NCBI RefSeq assembly: GCF_009914755.1 | Contig: NC_060931.1 | From: the human T2T-CHM13v2.0 reference genome, Homo sapiens | Length of the DNA stretch: 64,000 bases | Reading direction: 5' to 3' (one strand) | Shown here: in pieces, positions 1 to 15,800 of the stretch | How positions within the stretch are numbered: position 1 is the first letter of the stretch | Layout of the letters: each line of letters begins with the position of its first letter | Made by a program: the position numbers and the translations under genes | Notes under the pieces: model-generated | Databases searched by the model: none | What the model was told of the DNA's origin: nothing | Seen by the model: the letters and a program-made list of their open reading frames with translations, nothing else

Positions 1-2780
1 GGAATGGAAAGGAATGGAATGGATTGGAATGGAATCAATCCGAGTGGAATGGAGTGGAAGGGAATGGAATGGAATGGAATGGAATCAACCTGAAAGGAAT
101 GGAATGGAATGCAATGCAATGGAATAGAATGGAATGGAATGGAATGGATCCAACCAGAATGGAATGGAATGGAATGGAATGGAATGGAATGGAATGGAAT
201 GGAATGGAATCAACCTCTGTGGAATGGAATAGAATGGAATGCAATGGAATGGATTGGAATGGAATGGAATGGAATGGAATGGAATGGAATCAATCCGAGT
301 GGGATGGATATGATTTGAATGGAATGGAATGGAATCATCCCGACTGCAATGAAATGGAATGAAAGGGAATGGAATGGAATGGAATGGAATGGAATGGAAT
401 CAAACCGAGTGCAACGGAATGGATTGGAATGGAATGGAATAGAATGCAATGGAATGGAATGGAATGGAATCAACACGAGTGGAATGGAATGGAAAGGAAT
501 GTAAAGAATGGAATGTAATGGAAAAGAATGGAATTAACCCGAGTGGAATGGAATGGAATGGAATGGAATGGAATGGAATGGAATGGAATGGAAAGGAATG
601 GAATGGAATACACGCGAAATGAATGGAATGGAATGGAATGGAATGAAATTGAATGGAATAGTATCAACCACAGTGGAATGGAGTGGAATGGAATGGAATG
701 CAATGCAATGGAATGGAATAAACCCAAGTGGAATGGAATGGAATGGAATGGAATGGAATGGAATGGAATGGAAAGGAAAGGAATCCTCCCGATTGGAAGG
801 GAATGGAATTGAATGCCTTGGAATGGAAAGGAATGTAATGGAATGAAACGGAATCACCCTCAGTGGAATGGAATGGAATAGAATGGAATGGAATGGAATG
901 GAATGGAAGGGAACGGAATGAAATGGAATGGAATGGAATTGAATAGAATCAATCCGAATGGAGTGGAATGGAGTGGAGTGGAATGGAATGGAATGGAATG
1001 GACTGGAATGGAATGGAATGGAATGGAATGGAATGCAATGGAATGGAATGGAATGGAATACAATGGAATGGAAAGGAATGGTATCACCCGAGTGGAATGG
1101 AATGGAATGGAATGTGAAGGAATGGAATGGAATGGAATTAACCCGATTGAAATGGAATGGAATGGAATGGAATGGAATGGAATGGAATCAACCCGAATGG
1201 AATGGAACGGAAAGGATTGGAACGAAATGGAATGGAATGGAATGGACTCAACCCGAGTGGAATGGAATGGAAGTGAATTTATTGGAATAGAATGGAATGG
1301 AAAGGAATAGAATCAACCCGAGTGGAATGGAATGGAATGGAAAGAAATGGAATGGAATGGAATGGAATGATATGCAATGGAATGGAATCAATCCGAATGG
1401 AATGGAATGGAATGGATTGGAATCAACTCGAGAGGAATGGCATGAAATGGAATTGAATGGAAGGGAATGTAGTGGAATCAACCTGAATATAATGGAATGG
1501 ATTAAAATGGAATGCAATGGTATGGAATGGAATGGAATGCAACGGAATCAACGCGAGTGTAATGGAATGGAATGGAATGGAATGGAATTGAATGATATCA
1601 ACAATAGTGGAATGGAATGCAATGGTATTGAATGGATTGGAATGGAATGGAGTGGAATGGAATCAACACGAGAGGCATGGAACGGAGTGGAATAAAGTCA
1701 AACAGATTGGCATGGAATGGAATTAAATGGAATACAATATAATGGAAAGGAATGGAATGGATTGGAATGGAATCAATCCGAGTGGAATGGAGTGGAAGGG
1801 AATGGAATGGAATGGAATGGAAAGGAATGGAATCAACCAGAGTGGAATGGAATGGAATAGAATGGAGTGGAATGTAATTTAATGGAAAGGAATGGAATTT
1901 AATGGAATTTAATCAAAACGAGTGGAATGGAATGGAATGGAATGGAATGGAATGGAATGGAATCAACCTAAGTGGAATGGAATGGAAAGGAATGAAATGC
2001 AATGGAGTGGAATGTAATGGAATGTAATGGAATCAACTGGAATATAAAGCAATAGAATGGAATGCAATGGAATGGAATGGAATGGAATGGAATGGAATTT
2101 AATGGAATGGGATGGAATCAACGCAAGTGGAATGGAATGGAATGCAATGGAGTGGAATGGAATGGAATGGATTGGACTGAAATGGAATGGAATCAACCCG
2201 AGTGGAATGGAATGGAATTGAAAGGAATGCAATGGAATGGAATGGAATGCAATGGAATGGAAGGGATTGGAATGGAATGGAATGAAATGGAATCAACCCA
2301 AGTGGAATGCAATGGGATGGAATTGAATCAACCTGAGTGGCATGGAATGGAGTGCAATGGAATCAACCCTACTGGCATGGAATGGAGTGGAATGGAATGT
2401 AATGGAATGGAAAGGAATGGAATCAACCCAAGTGGAATGGAATGGAAGGGAATGCAATGTAATGGAATAGAATGTAATGGAGGGGAAAGGAATGGAAAGG
2501 AATGGAATCAACTTGAGTGGAATGGAATGGAATGGAATGGAATGGAATGGAGTGGAATGGAATGGAATGGAATGGAATGGAGTGGAATGGAATGGAATGG
2601 AAGGGAATGGAATTTAATGGAATGGAAACAAAACGAGTGGAATGGAATGGAATGGAATGGAATGGAATCAAACCGAGTGGAATGGAATGGAATGGAATGG
2701 AATGGATTGGAATGGAATGGAATCAAACCGAGTGGAATGGAATGGAATGGAATGGAATGGAATGGAATGGAATGGATTGG
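1..2780 (+). repeat. Left HSat3 layer outside the regular X/Y/Z higher-order array
   Basis: Lacks the diagnostic markers of the downstream array (GGTAGG, GATGCAAGGG, CCATGTGAAA). Bases ~1-80 recur at ~1739-1820 (CAATCCGAG at 36 and 1774). The right boundary is approximate. Confidence 0.6.
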
Positions 2781-5700
2781 AATGGAATTGAATCATCCCG
2801 AGTGGAATGGAATGGAATGGAAAGGAATAAAATGAAATAGAATGGAACGCAATAGAATGGAATGGAAAGGGATGCAAGGGAATCAACCCGTGTGGAATGG
2901 AATGGAACGGAACGGAAAGGTATGGAATCAACACGAGTGGAATGCAATGGAATGGATTGGAATGGAATGGAATCTACCAGAGTCGAATGGATTGGAATTG
3001 AATGGAATGGAATGGAATGGATTGCAAACAAACCGAGTGGAATGGAATGGAATGGAATGGAAAGGAATCAACCCGTGTGGAATGGAATGGAATGGAATGG
3101 AATGGAATGGAATGGAATGGAATGGAATAGAATGGAATCAACCCGAGTGGAATTGAATGGAAGGGAATGGAAGCAACCCGAGTTGAATGGAATGGAATAT
3201 AATGGAATGGAATGGAATGGAATGGAATGGAATGGAATGGAATGGAAAGGAATGGAATGGAATGTAATTGAATCAAACCGAGGGGAAAGGAATGGAATCA
3301 AAAGGAATGGAATGGAATGGAATGTAAAGTATTGGAAAGGAGAGGAATGGAATGGAATGGAATGGATTGGAATGGAATGGAATCAAATCAAGTGGAATGG
3401 AAAGGAATGGCATGTAACGGAAGGGAATGGAAACAACAAGAGTCGAGTGGAATGGAATGGAATGGAGTGTAATGGAATGGAATGGAGTGGAATGGAATGG
3501 AATGGAATGGAATCAACCCGAGTGGTATGGAATGGAATGCAATGGAATGGAATGGAATGGAATGGAATGGAATGGAATGGAACGGAATGGAATGGGATGG
3601 TATAAACCCGAATGGAATGGAAAGGAGTGGAATGTAGTGGAATGGAATGGAAAGGAATGGAATCAACTGGAATGGAATGCAATAGAATAGAATGCAATGG
3701 AATGGAATGCAATTGAAAGGAATGGAATAAAATGGATTGGAATCAACCGAAGTGGAATGGAATGGAATGGGATGGAATGGAATGGATTGGAATCAACCCA
3801 AGTGGAATGGAATGGAAAGGAATGCTTTGGAATGGAATGGAATGCAATGCAATGGAATGGAAGGGAATGGAATGGAAAGGAATGGAATGGAATCAACCCA
3901 AGTGGAATGGAATGGAATGGAATCAAACGGAGTGGCATGGATTGGAGTGGAATGGAATCAACCCGAGTGGCATGGAATGGAGTGGAATGGAATGCAATGG
4001 AATGGAAAGGAATGGAATGGAAAGGAATGGAATCAACCCGAGAGGAATGGAATGGTAGGTAATGTAATGGAATGGAATGGAATGGAATGGAATGGAATGG
4101 AATGGAATGGAATGGAATGGAATGGATTGGAAAGGAATGGAATATACTTGAGTGGAATGGAATGGAATGGAATGGACTTGATTGGAATGGAATGGAAGGG
4201 AATGGAATTTAATGGAATGGAATCAAAACGAGTGGAATGGAATGCAATGGTATGGAATAGAATGGAATGGAATCAACCTAAGTGGAATGGAATGGAACGG
4301 AATGCAATGGAGTGGAATGGAATGGAATGGATTGGAATCAAATGGAATGGAATGCAATGGAATGGAATCAAATGGAATGGAATGGGATGGAATGTAATTC
4401 AATGGAATGAAATGCAATTGAATGTAATCAACCCAAGTGGAATGGAATGGAATGGAATGGAATGGAATGGAATGGAATGGAATGGAATGGAATGGAATCA
4501 ACCCTAGTGGAATGGCATGGAATGGAAAGGAATGGAATGTAATGGAATGTAATGGAATGTAATGGAATGGAATGGAATCAAACTGAGTGGAATGGAATGG
4601 AGTGGAATGGAATGTAATAGAATGTACAAGAGTGGAATGGCATGGAATGGAATGGAATAGAAGAGTGGAATGGAATCAACCCATGTGAAATGTAAAGGAA
4701 TGGACTGGAATGGAATGAAATCAACCCGAGTGCAATGGAGTGGAATTGAATGGAATCAATCAGAGTCGAATGGAATGGAATTAAATGGAATGGAATGGAA
4801 TGGAATCAAACCGAGTGGAAAGGAATGGAATGGAATGGAATGGAATGGAATGGAATGGAATGGAATGGAATGGAATCAACTCGTGTCGAATGGAATGGAA
4901 AGAAATGGAATGGAATGGAATCAACTGGTGTGGAATGGAATGGAATGGAATGGAATGGAATCAACCCGAGTGGAATGGAATGGAATGGAGTGGAATGGAA
5001 TGGAATGGAATGGGATGGTATAAACCCGAATGGAATGGAATAGAGTGCACTGTAGTGGAATGGAATGGAAAGGAATGGAATCAACTGGAATGGAATGCAA
5101 TAGAATGGAATGCAATGGAATGGAATGAAATGGAATGCAATTGAATGGAATGGAGTAAAATGGAATGCAATCAATCCAAGTGGAATGGAATGGAATGGGA
5201 TGGAATGAAATGGAATGGAATCAACCCAAGTGGAATGGAATGGAATGGAGTGGAATGGAATGCAATGCAATGGAATGGAAGGGAATGGAATGGAAAGGAA
5301 TGGAATGGAATCAACCCAAGTGGACTGGAATGGAATGGAATGGAATGGAATGGAATGGGATGGAATGCAATGAAATGGAATAGAATGGAATGTAATGGAA
5401 TGGAATGGAATCAACCCAAGTGGAATGGAATGGAATGGAATGGAATAAACCTGAGTGGCATGGATTGGAGTGGAATGGAATCAACCCAAGTGGCATGGAA
5501 TGGAGTGGAATGGAATGCAATGGAATGGAAAGGAATGGAATGGAAAGGAATGGAATCATCCCGAGAGGAATGGAATGGTAGGTAATGTAATGTAATGGAA
5601 TGGAATGGAATGGAATGGAATGGAATGGAATGGAATGGAATGGAATGGAAAGGATTGGAAAGGAATGGAATCTACTTGAGTGGAATGGAATGGAATGGAA

Positions 5701-8700
5701 TGGAGTTGAATGGAATGGAATGGAAGGGAATGGAATTTAATGGAATGGAATCAAAACGAGTGGAATGGAATGCAATGGAATGGAATAGAATGGAATGGAA
5801 TCAACTTAAGTGGAATGGAATGGAATGGAACGGAATGCAATGGAGTGGAGTGGAATGGAATGGATTGGAAACAAATGGAATGGAATGCAATGGAATGGAA
5901 TCAAATGGAATGGAATGGGATGGAATGCAATTGAATGGAATGAACTGCAATTGAATGTAATCAACCCAAGTGGAATGGAATGGAACGGAATGGAATGGAA
6001 TGGAATGGAATGGAATGGAATCAACCCGAGTGGTATGGCATGGAATGGAAAGGAATGGAATGGAATGGACTGGAATGGAATGGAATGGAATGGAATGGAA
6101 TAAACCTGAGTGGAATGGAATGGAGTGGAATGTAATGTAAAGGAATGAACAAGAGTGGAATGGCATGGAATGGAATGGAATGGAAGAGTGGAATGGAATC
6201 AACCCATGTGAAATGTAAAGGAATGTACTGGAATGAAATGAAATCAACTCGAGTGGAATGGAGTGGAATTGAATGGAATCAACCACAGGCGAATGGAATG
6301 GAATTGAATGGAATGGAATGGAATGGAATCAAACCGAGTGGAAAGGAATGGAATGGAATGGAATGGAATGGAATGGAATGGAATGGAATCAACTCGTGTC
6401 GAATGGAATGGAAAGGAATGGAATGGAATTGAATCAACTGGTGTGGAATGGAATGGAATGGAATGGAATGGAATCAACCCGAGTGCAATGGAATGGAATG
6501 AATTGGAATGGAATGGAATCAACCAGAGTCGAATGGATTGGAATTGAATGGAATGGATTGCAAAAAAACCGAGTGTAACGGAATGGAATGCATTGGAATG
6601 GAATGGAAAGGAATCAACCCGTGCGGCATGGAATGGAATGGAATGGAATGGAATCAACCCGAGTGCAATGGAATGGAATGGAATGGAATCAACCACAGTT
6701 GAATGGAATGGAATATAATGGAATGGAATGGTAAGGAATGGAAAGGAATGAAATTGAGTGAACCCGAGTGGAAAGGAATGGAATCAAATGGAATGGAATG
6801 GAAAATATTGGAATGGAGTGGAATGGAATGGAATGGAATGGAATGGAATGGAAAGGAGTGGAATGGAATGGAATGGAATGGAATGGAGTGGAATGGAATG
6901 GAATGGAATCAACCCGAGTGGAATGGAATGGAATGGATTGGATTGGAATGGAATGGAATGGAATGGAATGCAATGGATTGGAATGCAATTGAATCATCCC
7001 GAGTGGAATGGAATGGAATGGAATGGCATGGAATGGAAAGGTTTGGAATGGAATAGAATGGAATGGAATCAACGCGAGTGGAATGGAATGGAAGGGATTG
7101 GAACGGAATGGAATGGAATCTACCAGAGTTGAATGGAATGGAATGGAATGGAATGGAATGGAATGGAATCAACCTGAGGGGAGTGGAATGTAGTGGAATG
7201 GAATTTAATGGAATGGAAAAGAATCAACCCGAGTGTAATGGAATGGAATGGAAAGGAATGCAATGGAATAGAATGGAACGCAATAGAATGGAATGGAAAG
7301 GGATGCAAGGGAATCAACCCGTGTGGAATGGAATGGAACGGATGGAAAGGTATGGAATCAACACGAGTGGAATGGAATGGAATGGATTGGAATGGAATGG
7401 AATCTACCAGAGTCGAATGGATTGGAATTGAATGGAATGGAATGGAATGGATTGCAAACAAACCGAGTGGAATGGAATGGAATTGAATGGAATGGAAAGG
7501 AATCAACCCGTGTGGAATGGAATGGAATGGAATGGAATGGAATGGAATGGAATGGAATGGAATGGAATGCAATGGAATGGAATAGAATGGAATCAACCCG
7601 AGTGGAATTGAATGGAAGGGAATGGAAGCAACCCGAGTTGAATGGAATGGAATATAATGGAATGGAATGGAATGGAAAGGAATGGAATGGAATGTAATTG
7701 AATCAAACCGAGGGGAAAGGAATGGAATCAAATGGAATGGAATGGAATGGAATGGATAGTATTGGAAAGGAGAGGAATGGAATGGAATGGAATGGATTGG
7801 AATGGAATGGAATCAAATCAAGTGGAACGGAAAGGAATGGCATGTAACGGAATGGAATGGAAACAACAAGAGGCGAGTGGAATGGAATGGAATGGAGTGG
7901 AATGGAATGGAATGGAGTGGAATGGAATGGAATGGAGTGGAATGGAATGGAATGGAGTGGAATGGAATGGAATGGAGTGGAATGGAATGGAATGGAATGG
8001 AATCAACCCGAGTGGAATGGAATGGAATGGAATGGAATGGAATGGAATGGATTGGAATGGAATTGAATCATCCCGAGTGGAATGGAAAGGAATGGCATGG
8101 AATGGAAATGTTTAGAATGGAATAGAATGGAATGGAGTCAACGCGAGTGGAATGGAATGGGAGGGATTGGAACGGAATGGAATGGAATCAACCAGAGTTG
8201 AATGGAATGGAATGGAATGGAATGGAATCAACCTGAGGGGAGTGGAATGTAGTGGAATGGAATTTAATGGAATGGAATAGAATCAACCCGAGTGTAATGG
8301 AATGGAATGGAAAGGAATGCAATGGAATAGAATGGAACGCAATAGAATGGAATGGAAAGGGATGCAAGGGAATAAACCCGGGTGGAATGGAATGGAACGG
8401 AATGGAAAGGTATGGAATCAACACGAGTGGAATGGAATGGAATGGATTGGAATGGAATGGAATCTACCAGAGTCGAATGGATTGGAATTGAATGGAATGG
8501 AATGGAATGGATTGCAAACAAACCGAGTGGAATGGAATGGAATGGAATGGAATGGAAAGGAATCAACCCGTGTGGAATGGAATGGAATGGAATGGAATGG
8601 AATAGAATGGAATCAACTCGTGTGGAATGGAATGGAAGGGAATGGAAGCAACCCGAGTTGAATGGAATGGAATATAATGGAATGGAATGGAATGGAATGG

Positions 8701-9899
8701 AATGGAATGGAAAGGAATGGAATGGAATGTAATTGAATCAAACCGAGGGGAAAGGAATGGAATCAAAAGGAATGGAAAGGAATGCAAAGTAAAGTATTGG
8801 AAAGGAGAGGAATGGAATGGAATGGAATGGATTGGAATGGAATGGAATCAAATCAAGTGGAATGGTAAGGAATGGTATGTAACGGAATGGAATGGAACCA
8901 ACAAGAGTCGAGTGGAATGGAATGGAATGGAGTGGAATGGAATGGAATGGAGTGGAATGGAATGCAATGGAATGGAATCAACCTGAGTGGAATGGAATGG
9001 AATGGAATGGAATGGAATGGAATGGAATGGAATGGGATGGTATAAACCCGAATGGAATGGGATGGAGTGGAATGTAGTGGAATGGAATGGAAAGGAATGG
9101 AATCAACTGGAATGGAATGCAATAGAATAGAATGCAATGGAATGGAATGGAATGGAATGGAATGCAATTTAATGGAATGGAATAAAATGGATTGGAATCA
9201 ACCCAAGTGGAATGGAATGGAATGGAATGCAATGGAATGGAATGGAATGCAATGCAATGGAATGGAATGCAATGGAATGGAATGGAATGGAATGGAATGC
9301 AATTGAATGGAATGGAATAAAATGGATTGGAATCAACCCAAGTGGAATGGAATGGAATGGGATGCAATGGAATGGATTGGAATCAACCCAAGTGGAATGG
9401 AATGGAATGGAATGCAAAGGAATGGAATGGAATGCAATGTAATGGAATGGAAGGGAATGGAATTTAAAGGAATGGAATAGAATCACCCCAAGTGGAATGG
9501 AATGGAATGGAATGGAATGCAATGAAATGGAATACAAGGGAATGGAATGGAATGGAATGGAATCAACCCAAGTGGAATGGAATGGAATGGAATCAAACTG
9601 AGTGGCATGGATTGGAGTGGAATGGAATCAACGCGAGTGGCATGGAATGGAGTGGAATGGAATGCAATGGAATGGAAAGGAATGGAATGGAAAGGAATGG
9701 AATCAACCCGAGAGGAATGGAATGGTAGGTAATGTAATGTAATGCAATGTAATGGAATGGAATGGATTGGAAAGGAATGGAATCTACTTGAGTGGAATGG
9801 AATGGAATGGAATGGACTTGATTGGAATGGAATGGAAGGGAATGGAATTTAATGGAATGGAATCAAAACGAGTGGAATGGAATGCAATGGTATGGAATA

Positions 9900-12800
9900 G
9901 AATGGAATGGAATCAACCTAAGTGGAATGGAATGGAATGGAACGGAATGCAATGGAGTGGAATGGAATGGAATGGATTGGAATCAAATGGAATGGAATGC
10001 AATGGAATGGAATCAAATGGAATGGAATGGGATGGAATGTAATTCAATGGAATGAAATGCAATTGAATGTAATCAACCCAAGTGGAATGGAATGGAATGG
10101 AATGGAATGGAATGGAATGGAATGGAATCAACGCTAGTGGAATGGCATGGAATGGAAAGGAATGGAATGGAATGGAATCAACCTGAGTGGAATGGAATGG
10201 AGTGGAATGGAATGTAATGGAATGTACAAGAGTGGAAAGGCATGGAATGGAATGGAATAGAAGAGTGGAATGGAATCAACCCATGTGAAAGGTAAAGGAA
10301 TGGACAGGAATGGAATGAAATCAACCCGAGTGGAATGGAGTGGAATTGAATGGAATCAACCACAGGGGAATGGAATGGAATTGAATGGAATGGAATGGAA
10401 TGGAAAGGAATGGAATCAAACCGAGTGGAAAGGAATGGAATGGAATGGAATGGAATGGAATGGAATGGAATGGAATGGAATGGAATGGAAAGGAATGGAA
10501 TCAACTCGTGTCGAATGGAATGGAAAGGAATGGAATGGAATTGAATCAACTGGTGTGGAATGGAATGGAATGGAATGGAATCAACCCGAGTGGAATGGAA
10601 TGGAATGAATTGGAAAGGAATGGAATCAACCAGAGTCGAATGGATTGGAATTGAATGGAATGGATTGCAAAAAATCAGAGTGTAACGGAATGGAATGCAT
10701 TGGAATGGAATGGGAAGGAATCAACCCGTGTGGCATGGAATGGAATGGAATGGAATGGAATCAACCCGAGTGGAATGGAATGCAATGGAATGGAATGGAA
10801 TCAACCGCAGTTGAATGCAATGGAATATAATGGAATGGAATAGTAAGGAATGGAAAGGAATGAAATTGAGTGAACCCGAGTGGAAAGGAATGGAATCAAA
10901 TGGAATGGAATGGAAAATATTGGAATGGAGTGGAATGGAATGGAATGGAATGGAATGGAATGGAATGGAATGGAATGGAGTGGAATGGAATGGAATGGAA
11001 TGGAATGGAATGGAATGGAATGGAGCGGAATGGAATGGAGTGGAATGGAATGGAATGGAATCAACCCGAGTGGAATGGAATGGAATGGATTGGAATGGAA
11101 TGGAATGGAATGGAATGGAATGCAATGGATTGGAATGGAATTGAATCATCCCGAGTGGAATGGAATGGAATGGAATGGAATGGCATGGAATGGAAAGGTT
11201 TGGAATGGAATAGAATGGAATGGAATCAACGCGAGTGGAATGGAATGGAAGGGATTGGAACGGAATGGAATGGAATCTACCAGAGTTGAATGGAATGGAA
11301 TGGAATGGAATGGAATCAACCTGAGGGGAGTGGAATGTAGTGGAATGGAATTTAATGGAATGGAAGAGAATCAACCCGAGTGTAATGGAATGGAATGGAA
11401 AGGAATGCAATGGAGTAGAATGGAACGGAATAGAATGGAATGGAAAGGGATGCAAGGGAATCAACCCGTGTGGAATGGAATGGAACGGAATGGAAAGGTA
11501 TGGAATCAACACGAGTGGAATGGAATGGAATGGATTGGAATGGAATGGAATCTACCAGAGTCGAATGGATTGGAATTGAATGGAATGGAATGGAATGGAT
11601 TGCAAACAAACCGAGTGGAATGGAATGGAATGGAATGGAAAGGAATCAACCCGTGTGGAATGGAATGGAATGGAATGGAATGGAATGGAATGGAATGGAA
11701 TGGAATAGAATGGAATGGAATGGAATGGAATGGAATGGAATAGAATAGAATGGAATCAACCCGAGTGGAATGGAATGGAAGGGAATGGAAGCAACCCGCG
11801 TTGAATGGAATGGAATATAATGGAATGGAATGGAATGGAAAGGAATGGAATGGAATGTAATTGAAGCAAACCGAGGGGAAAGGAATGGAATCAAATGGAA
11901 TGGAATGGAATGGAATGGAATGGATATTATTGGAAAGGAGAGGAATGGAATGGAATGGAATGGATTGGAATGGAATGGAATCAAATCAAGTGGAACGGAA
12001 AGGAATGGCATGTAACGGAATGGAATGGAAACAACAAGAGGCGAGTGGAATGGAATGGAATGGAGTGGAATGGAAAGGTTTGGAATGGAATGGAATGGAA
12101 TGGAATGGAATGGAATGGAATGGAATCAACTCGTGTCGAATGGAATGGAAAGAAATGGAATGGAATGGAATCAACTGGTGTGGAATGGAATGGAATGGAA
12201 TGGAATGGAATCAACCCGAGTGGAATGGAATGGAATGGAGTGGAATGGAATGGAATGGAATGGGATGGTATAAACCCGAATGGAATGGAATAGAGTGCAC
12301 TGTAGTGGAATGGAATGGAAAGGAATGGAATCAACTGGAATGGAATGCAATAGAATGGAATGCAATGGAATGGAATGAAATGGAATGCAATTGAATGGAA
12401 TGGAGTAAAATGGAATGCAATCAATCCAAGTGGAATGGAATGGAATGGGATGGAATGAAATGGAATGGAATCAACCCAAGTGGAATGGAATGGAATGGAG
12501 TGGAATGGAATGCAATGCAATGGAATGGAAGGGAATGGAATGGAAAGGAATGGAATGGAATCAACCCAAGTGGACTGGAATGGAATGGAATGGAATGGAA
12601 TGGAATGGGATGGAATGCAATGAAATGGAATAGAATGGAATGTAATGGAATGGAATGGAATCAACCCAAGTGGAATGGAATGGAATGGAATGGAATAAAC
12701 CTGAGTGGCATGGATTGGAGTGGAATGGAATCAACCCAAGTGGCATGGAATGGAGTGGAATGGAATGCAATGGAATGGAAAGGAATGGAATGGAAAGGAA

Positions 12801-15800
12801 TGGAATCATCCCGAGAGGAATGGAATGGTAGGTAATGTAATGTAATGGAATGGAATGGAATGGAATGGAATGGAATGGAATGGAATGGAATGGAATGGAA
12901 AGGATTGGAAAGGAATGGAATCTACTTGAGTGGAATGGAATGGAATGGAATGGAGTTGAATGGAATGGAATGGAAGGGAATGGAATTTAATGGAATGGAA
13001 TCAAAACGAGTGGAATGGAATGCAATGGAATGGAATAGAATGGAATGGAATCAACCTAAGTGGAATGGAATGGAATGGAACGGAATGCAATGGAGTGGAA
13101 TGGAATGGAATGGATTGGAATCAAATGGAATGGAATGCAATGGAATGGAATCAAATGGAATGGAATGGGATGGAATGTAATTCAATGGAATGAAATGCAA
13201 TTGAATGTAATCAACCCAAGTGGAATGGAATGGAATGGAATGGAATGGAATGGAATGGAATGGAATGGAATCAACGCTAGTGGAATGGCATGGAATGGAA
13301 AGGAATGGAATGGAATGGAATCAACCTGAGTGGAATGGAATGGAGTGGAATGGAATGTAATGGAATGTACAAGAGTGGAAAGGCATGGAATGGAATGGAA
13401 TAGAAGAGTGGAATGGAATCAACCCATGTGAAAGGTAAAGGAATGGACAGGAATGGAATGAAATCAACCCGAGTGGAATGGAGTGGAATTGAATGGAATC
13501 AACCACAGGGGAATGGAATGGAATTGAATGGAATGGAATGGAATGGAAAGGAATGGAATCAAACCGAGTGGAAAGGAATGGAATGGAATGGAATGGAATG
13601 GAATGGAATGGAATGGAATGGAATGGAAAGGAATGGAATCAACTCGTGTCGAATGGAATGGAAAGGAATGGAATGGAATTGAATCAACTGGTGTGGAATG
13701 GAATGGAATGGAATGGAATCAACCCGAGTGGAATGGAATGGAATGAATTGGAAAGGAATGGAATCAACCAGAGTCGAATGGATTGGAATTGAATGGAATG
13801 GATTGCAAAAAATCAGAGTGTAACGGAATGGAATGCATTGGAATGGAATGGGAAGGAATCAACCCGTGTGGCATGGAATGGAATGGAATGGAATGGAATC
13901 AACCCGAGTGGAATGGAATGCAATGGAATGGAATGGAATCAACCGCAGTTGAATGGAATGGAATATAATGGAATGGAATGGTAAGGAATGGAAAGGAATG
14001 AAATTGAGTGAACCCGAGTGGAAAGGAATGGAATCAAATGGAATGGAATGGAAAATATTGGAATGGAGTGGAATGGAATGGAATGGAATGGAATGGAATG
14101 GAATGGAATGGAGTGGAATGGAATGGAATGGAATGGAATGGAATGGAATGGAATGGAATGGAATGGAGTGGAATGGAATGGAATGGAATCAACCCGAGTG
14201 GAATGGAATGGAATGGATTGGAATGGAATGGAATGGAATGGAATGGAATGCAATGGATTGGAATGGAATTGAATCATCCCGAGTGGAATGGAATGGAATG
14301 GAATGGAATGGCATGGAATGGAAAGGTTTGGAATGGAATAGAATGGAATGGAATCAACGCGAGTGGAATGGAATGGAAGGGATTGGAACGGAATGGAATG
14401 GAATCTACCAGAGTTGAATGGAATGGAATGGAATGGAATGGAATCAACCTGAGGGGAGTGGAATGTAGTGGAATGGAATTTAATGGAATGGAAGAGAATC
14501 AACCCGAGTGTAATGGAATGGAATGGAAAGGAATGCAATGGAATAGAATGGAACGGAATAGAATGGAATGGAAAGGGATGCAAGGGAATCAACCCGTGTG
14601 GAATGGAATGGAACGGAATGGAAAGGTATGGAATCAACACGAGTGGAATGGAATGGAATGGATTGGAATGGAATGGAATCTACCAGAGTCGAATGGATTG
14701 GAATTGAATGGAATGGAATGGAATGGATTGCAAACAAACCGAGTGGAATGGAATGGAATGGAATGGAAAGGAATCAACCCGTGTGGAATGGAATGGAATG
14801 GAATGGAATGGAATGGAATGGAATGGAATAGAATGGAATGGAATGGAATGGAATGGAATGGAATAGAATAGAATGGAATCAACCCGAGTGGAATGGAATG
14901 GAAGGGAATGGAAGCAACCCGCGTTGAATGGAATGGAATATAATGGAATGGAATGGAATGGAAAGGAATGGAATGGAATGTAATTGAAGCAAACCGAGGG
15001 GAAAGGAATGGAATCAAATGGAATGGAATGGAATGGAATGGAATGGAATGGATATTATTGGAAAGGAGAGGAATGGAATGGAATGGAATGGATTGGAATG
15101 GAATGGAATCAAATCAAGTGGAACGGAAAGGAATGGCATGTAACGGAATGGAATGGAAACAACAAGAGGCGAGTGGAATGGAATGGAATGGAGTGGAATG
15201 GAAAGGTTTGGAATGGAATGGAATGGAATGGAATGGAATGGAATGGAATCAACTCGTGTCGAATGGAATGGAAAGAAATGGAATGGAATGGAATCAACTG
15301 GTGTGGAATGGAATGGAATGGAATGGAATGGAATCAACCCGAGTGGAATGGAATGGAATGGAGTGGAATGGAATGGAATGGAATGGGATGGTATAAACCC
15401 GAATGGAATGGAATAGAGTGCACTGTAGTGGAATGGAATGGAAAGGAATGGAATCAACTGGAATGGAATGCAATAGAATGGAATGCAATGGAATGGAATG
15501 AAATGGAATGCAATTGAATGGAATGGAGTAAAATGGAATGCAATCAATCCAAGTGGAATGGAATGGAATGGGATGGAATGAAATGGAATGGAATCAACCC
15601 AAGTGGAATGGAATGGAATGGAGTGGAATGGAATGCAATGCAATGGAATGGAAGGGAATGGAATGGAAAAGAATGGAATGGAATCAACCCAAGTGGACTG
15701 GAATGGAATGGAATGGAATGGAATGGAATGGGATGGAATGCAATGAAATGGAATAGAATGGAATGTAATGGAATGGAATGGAATCAACCCAAGTGGAATG

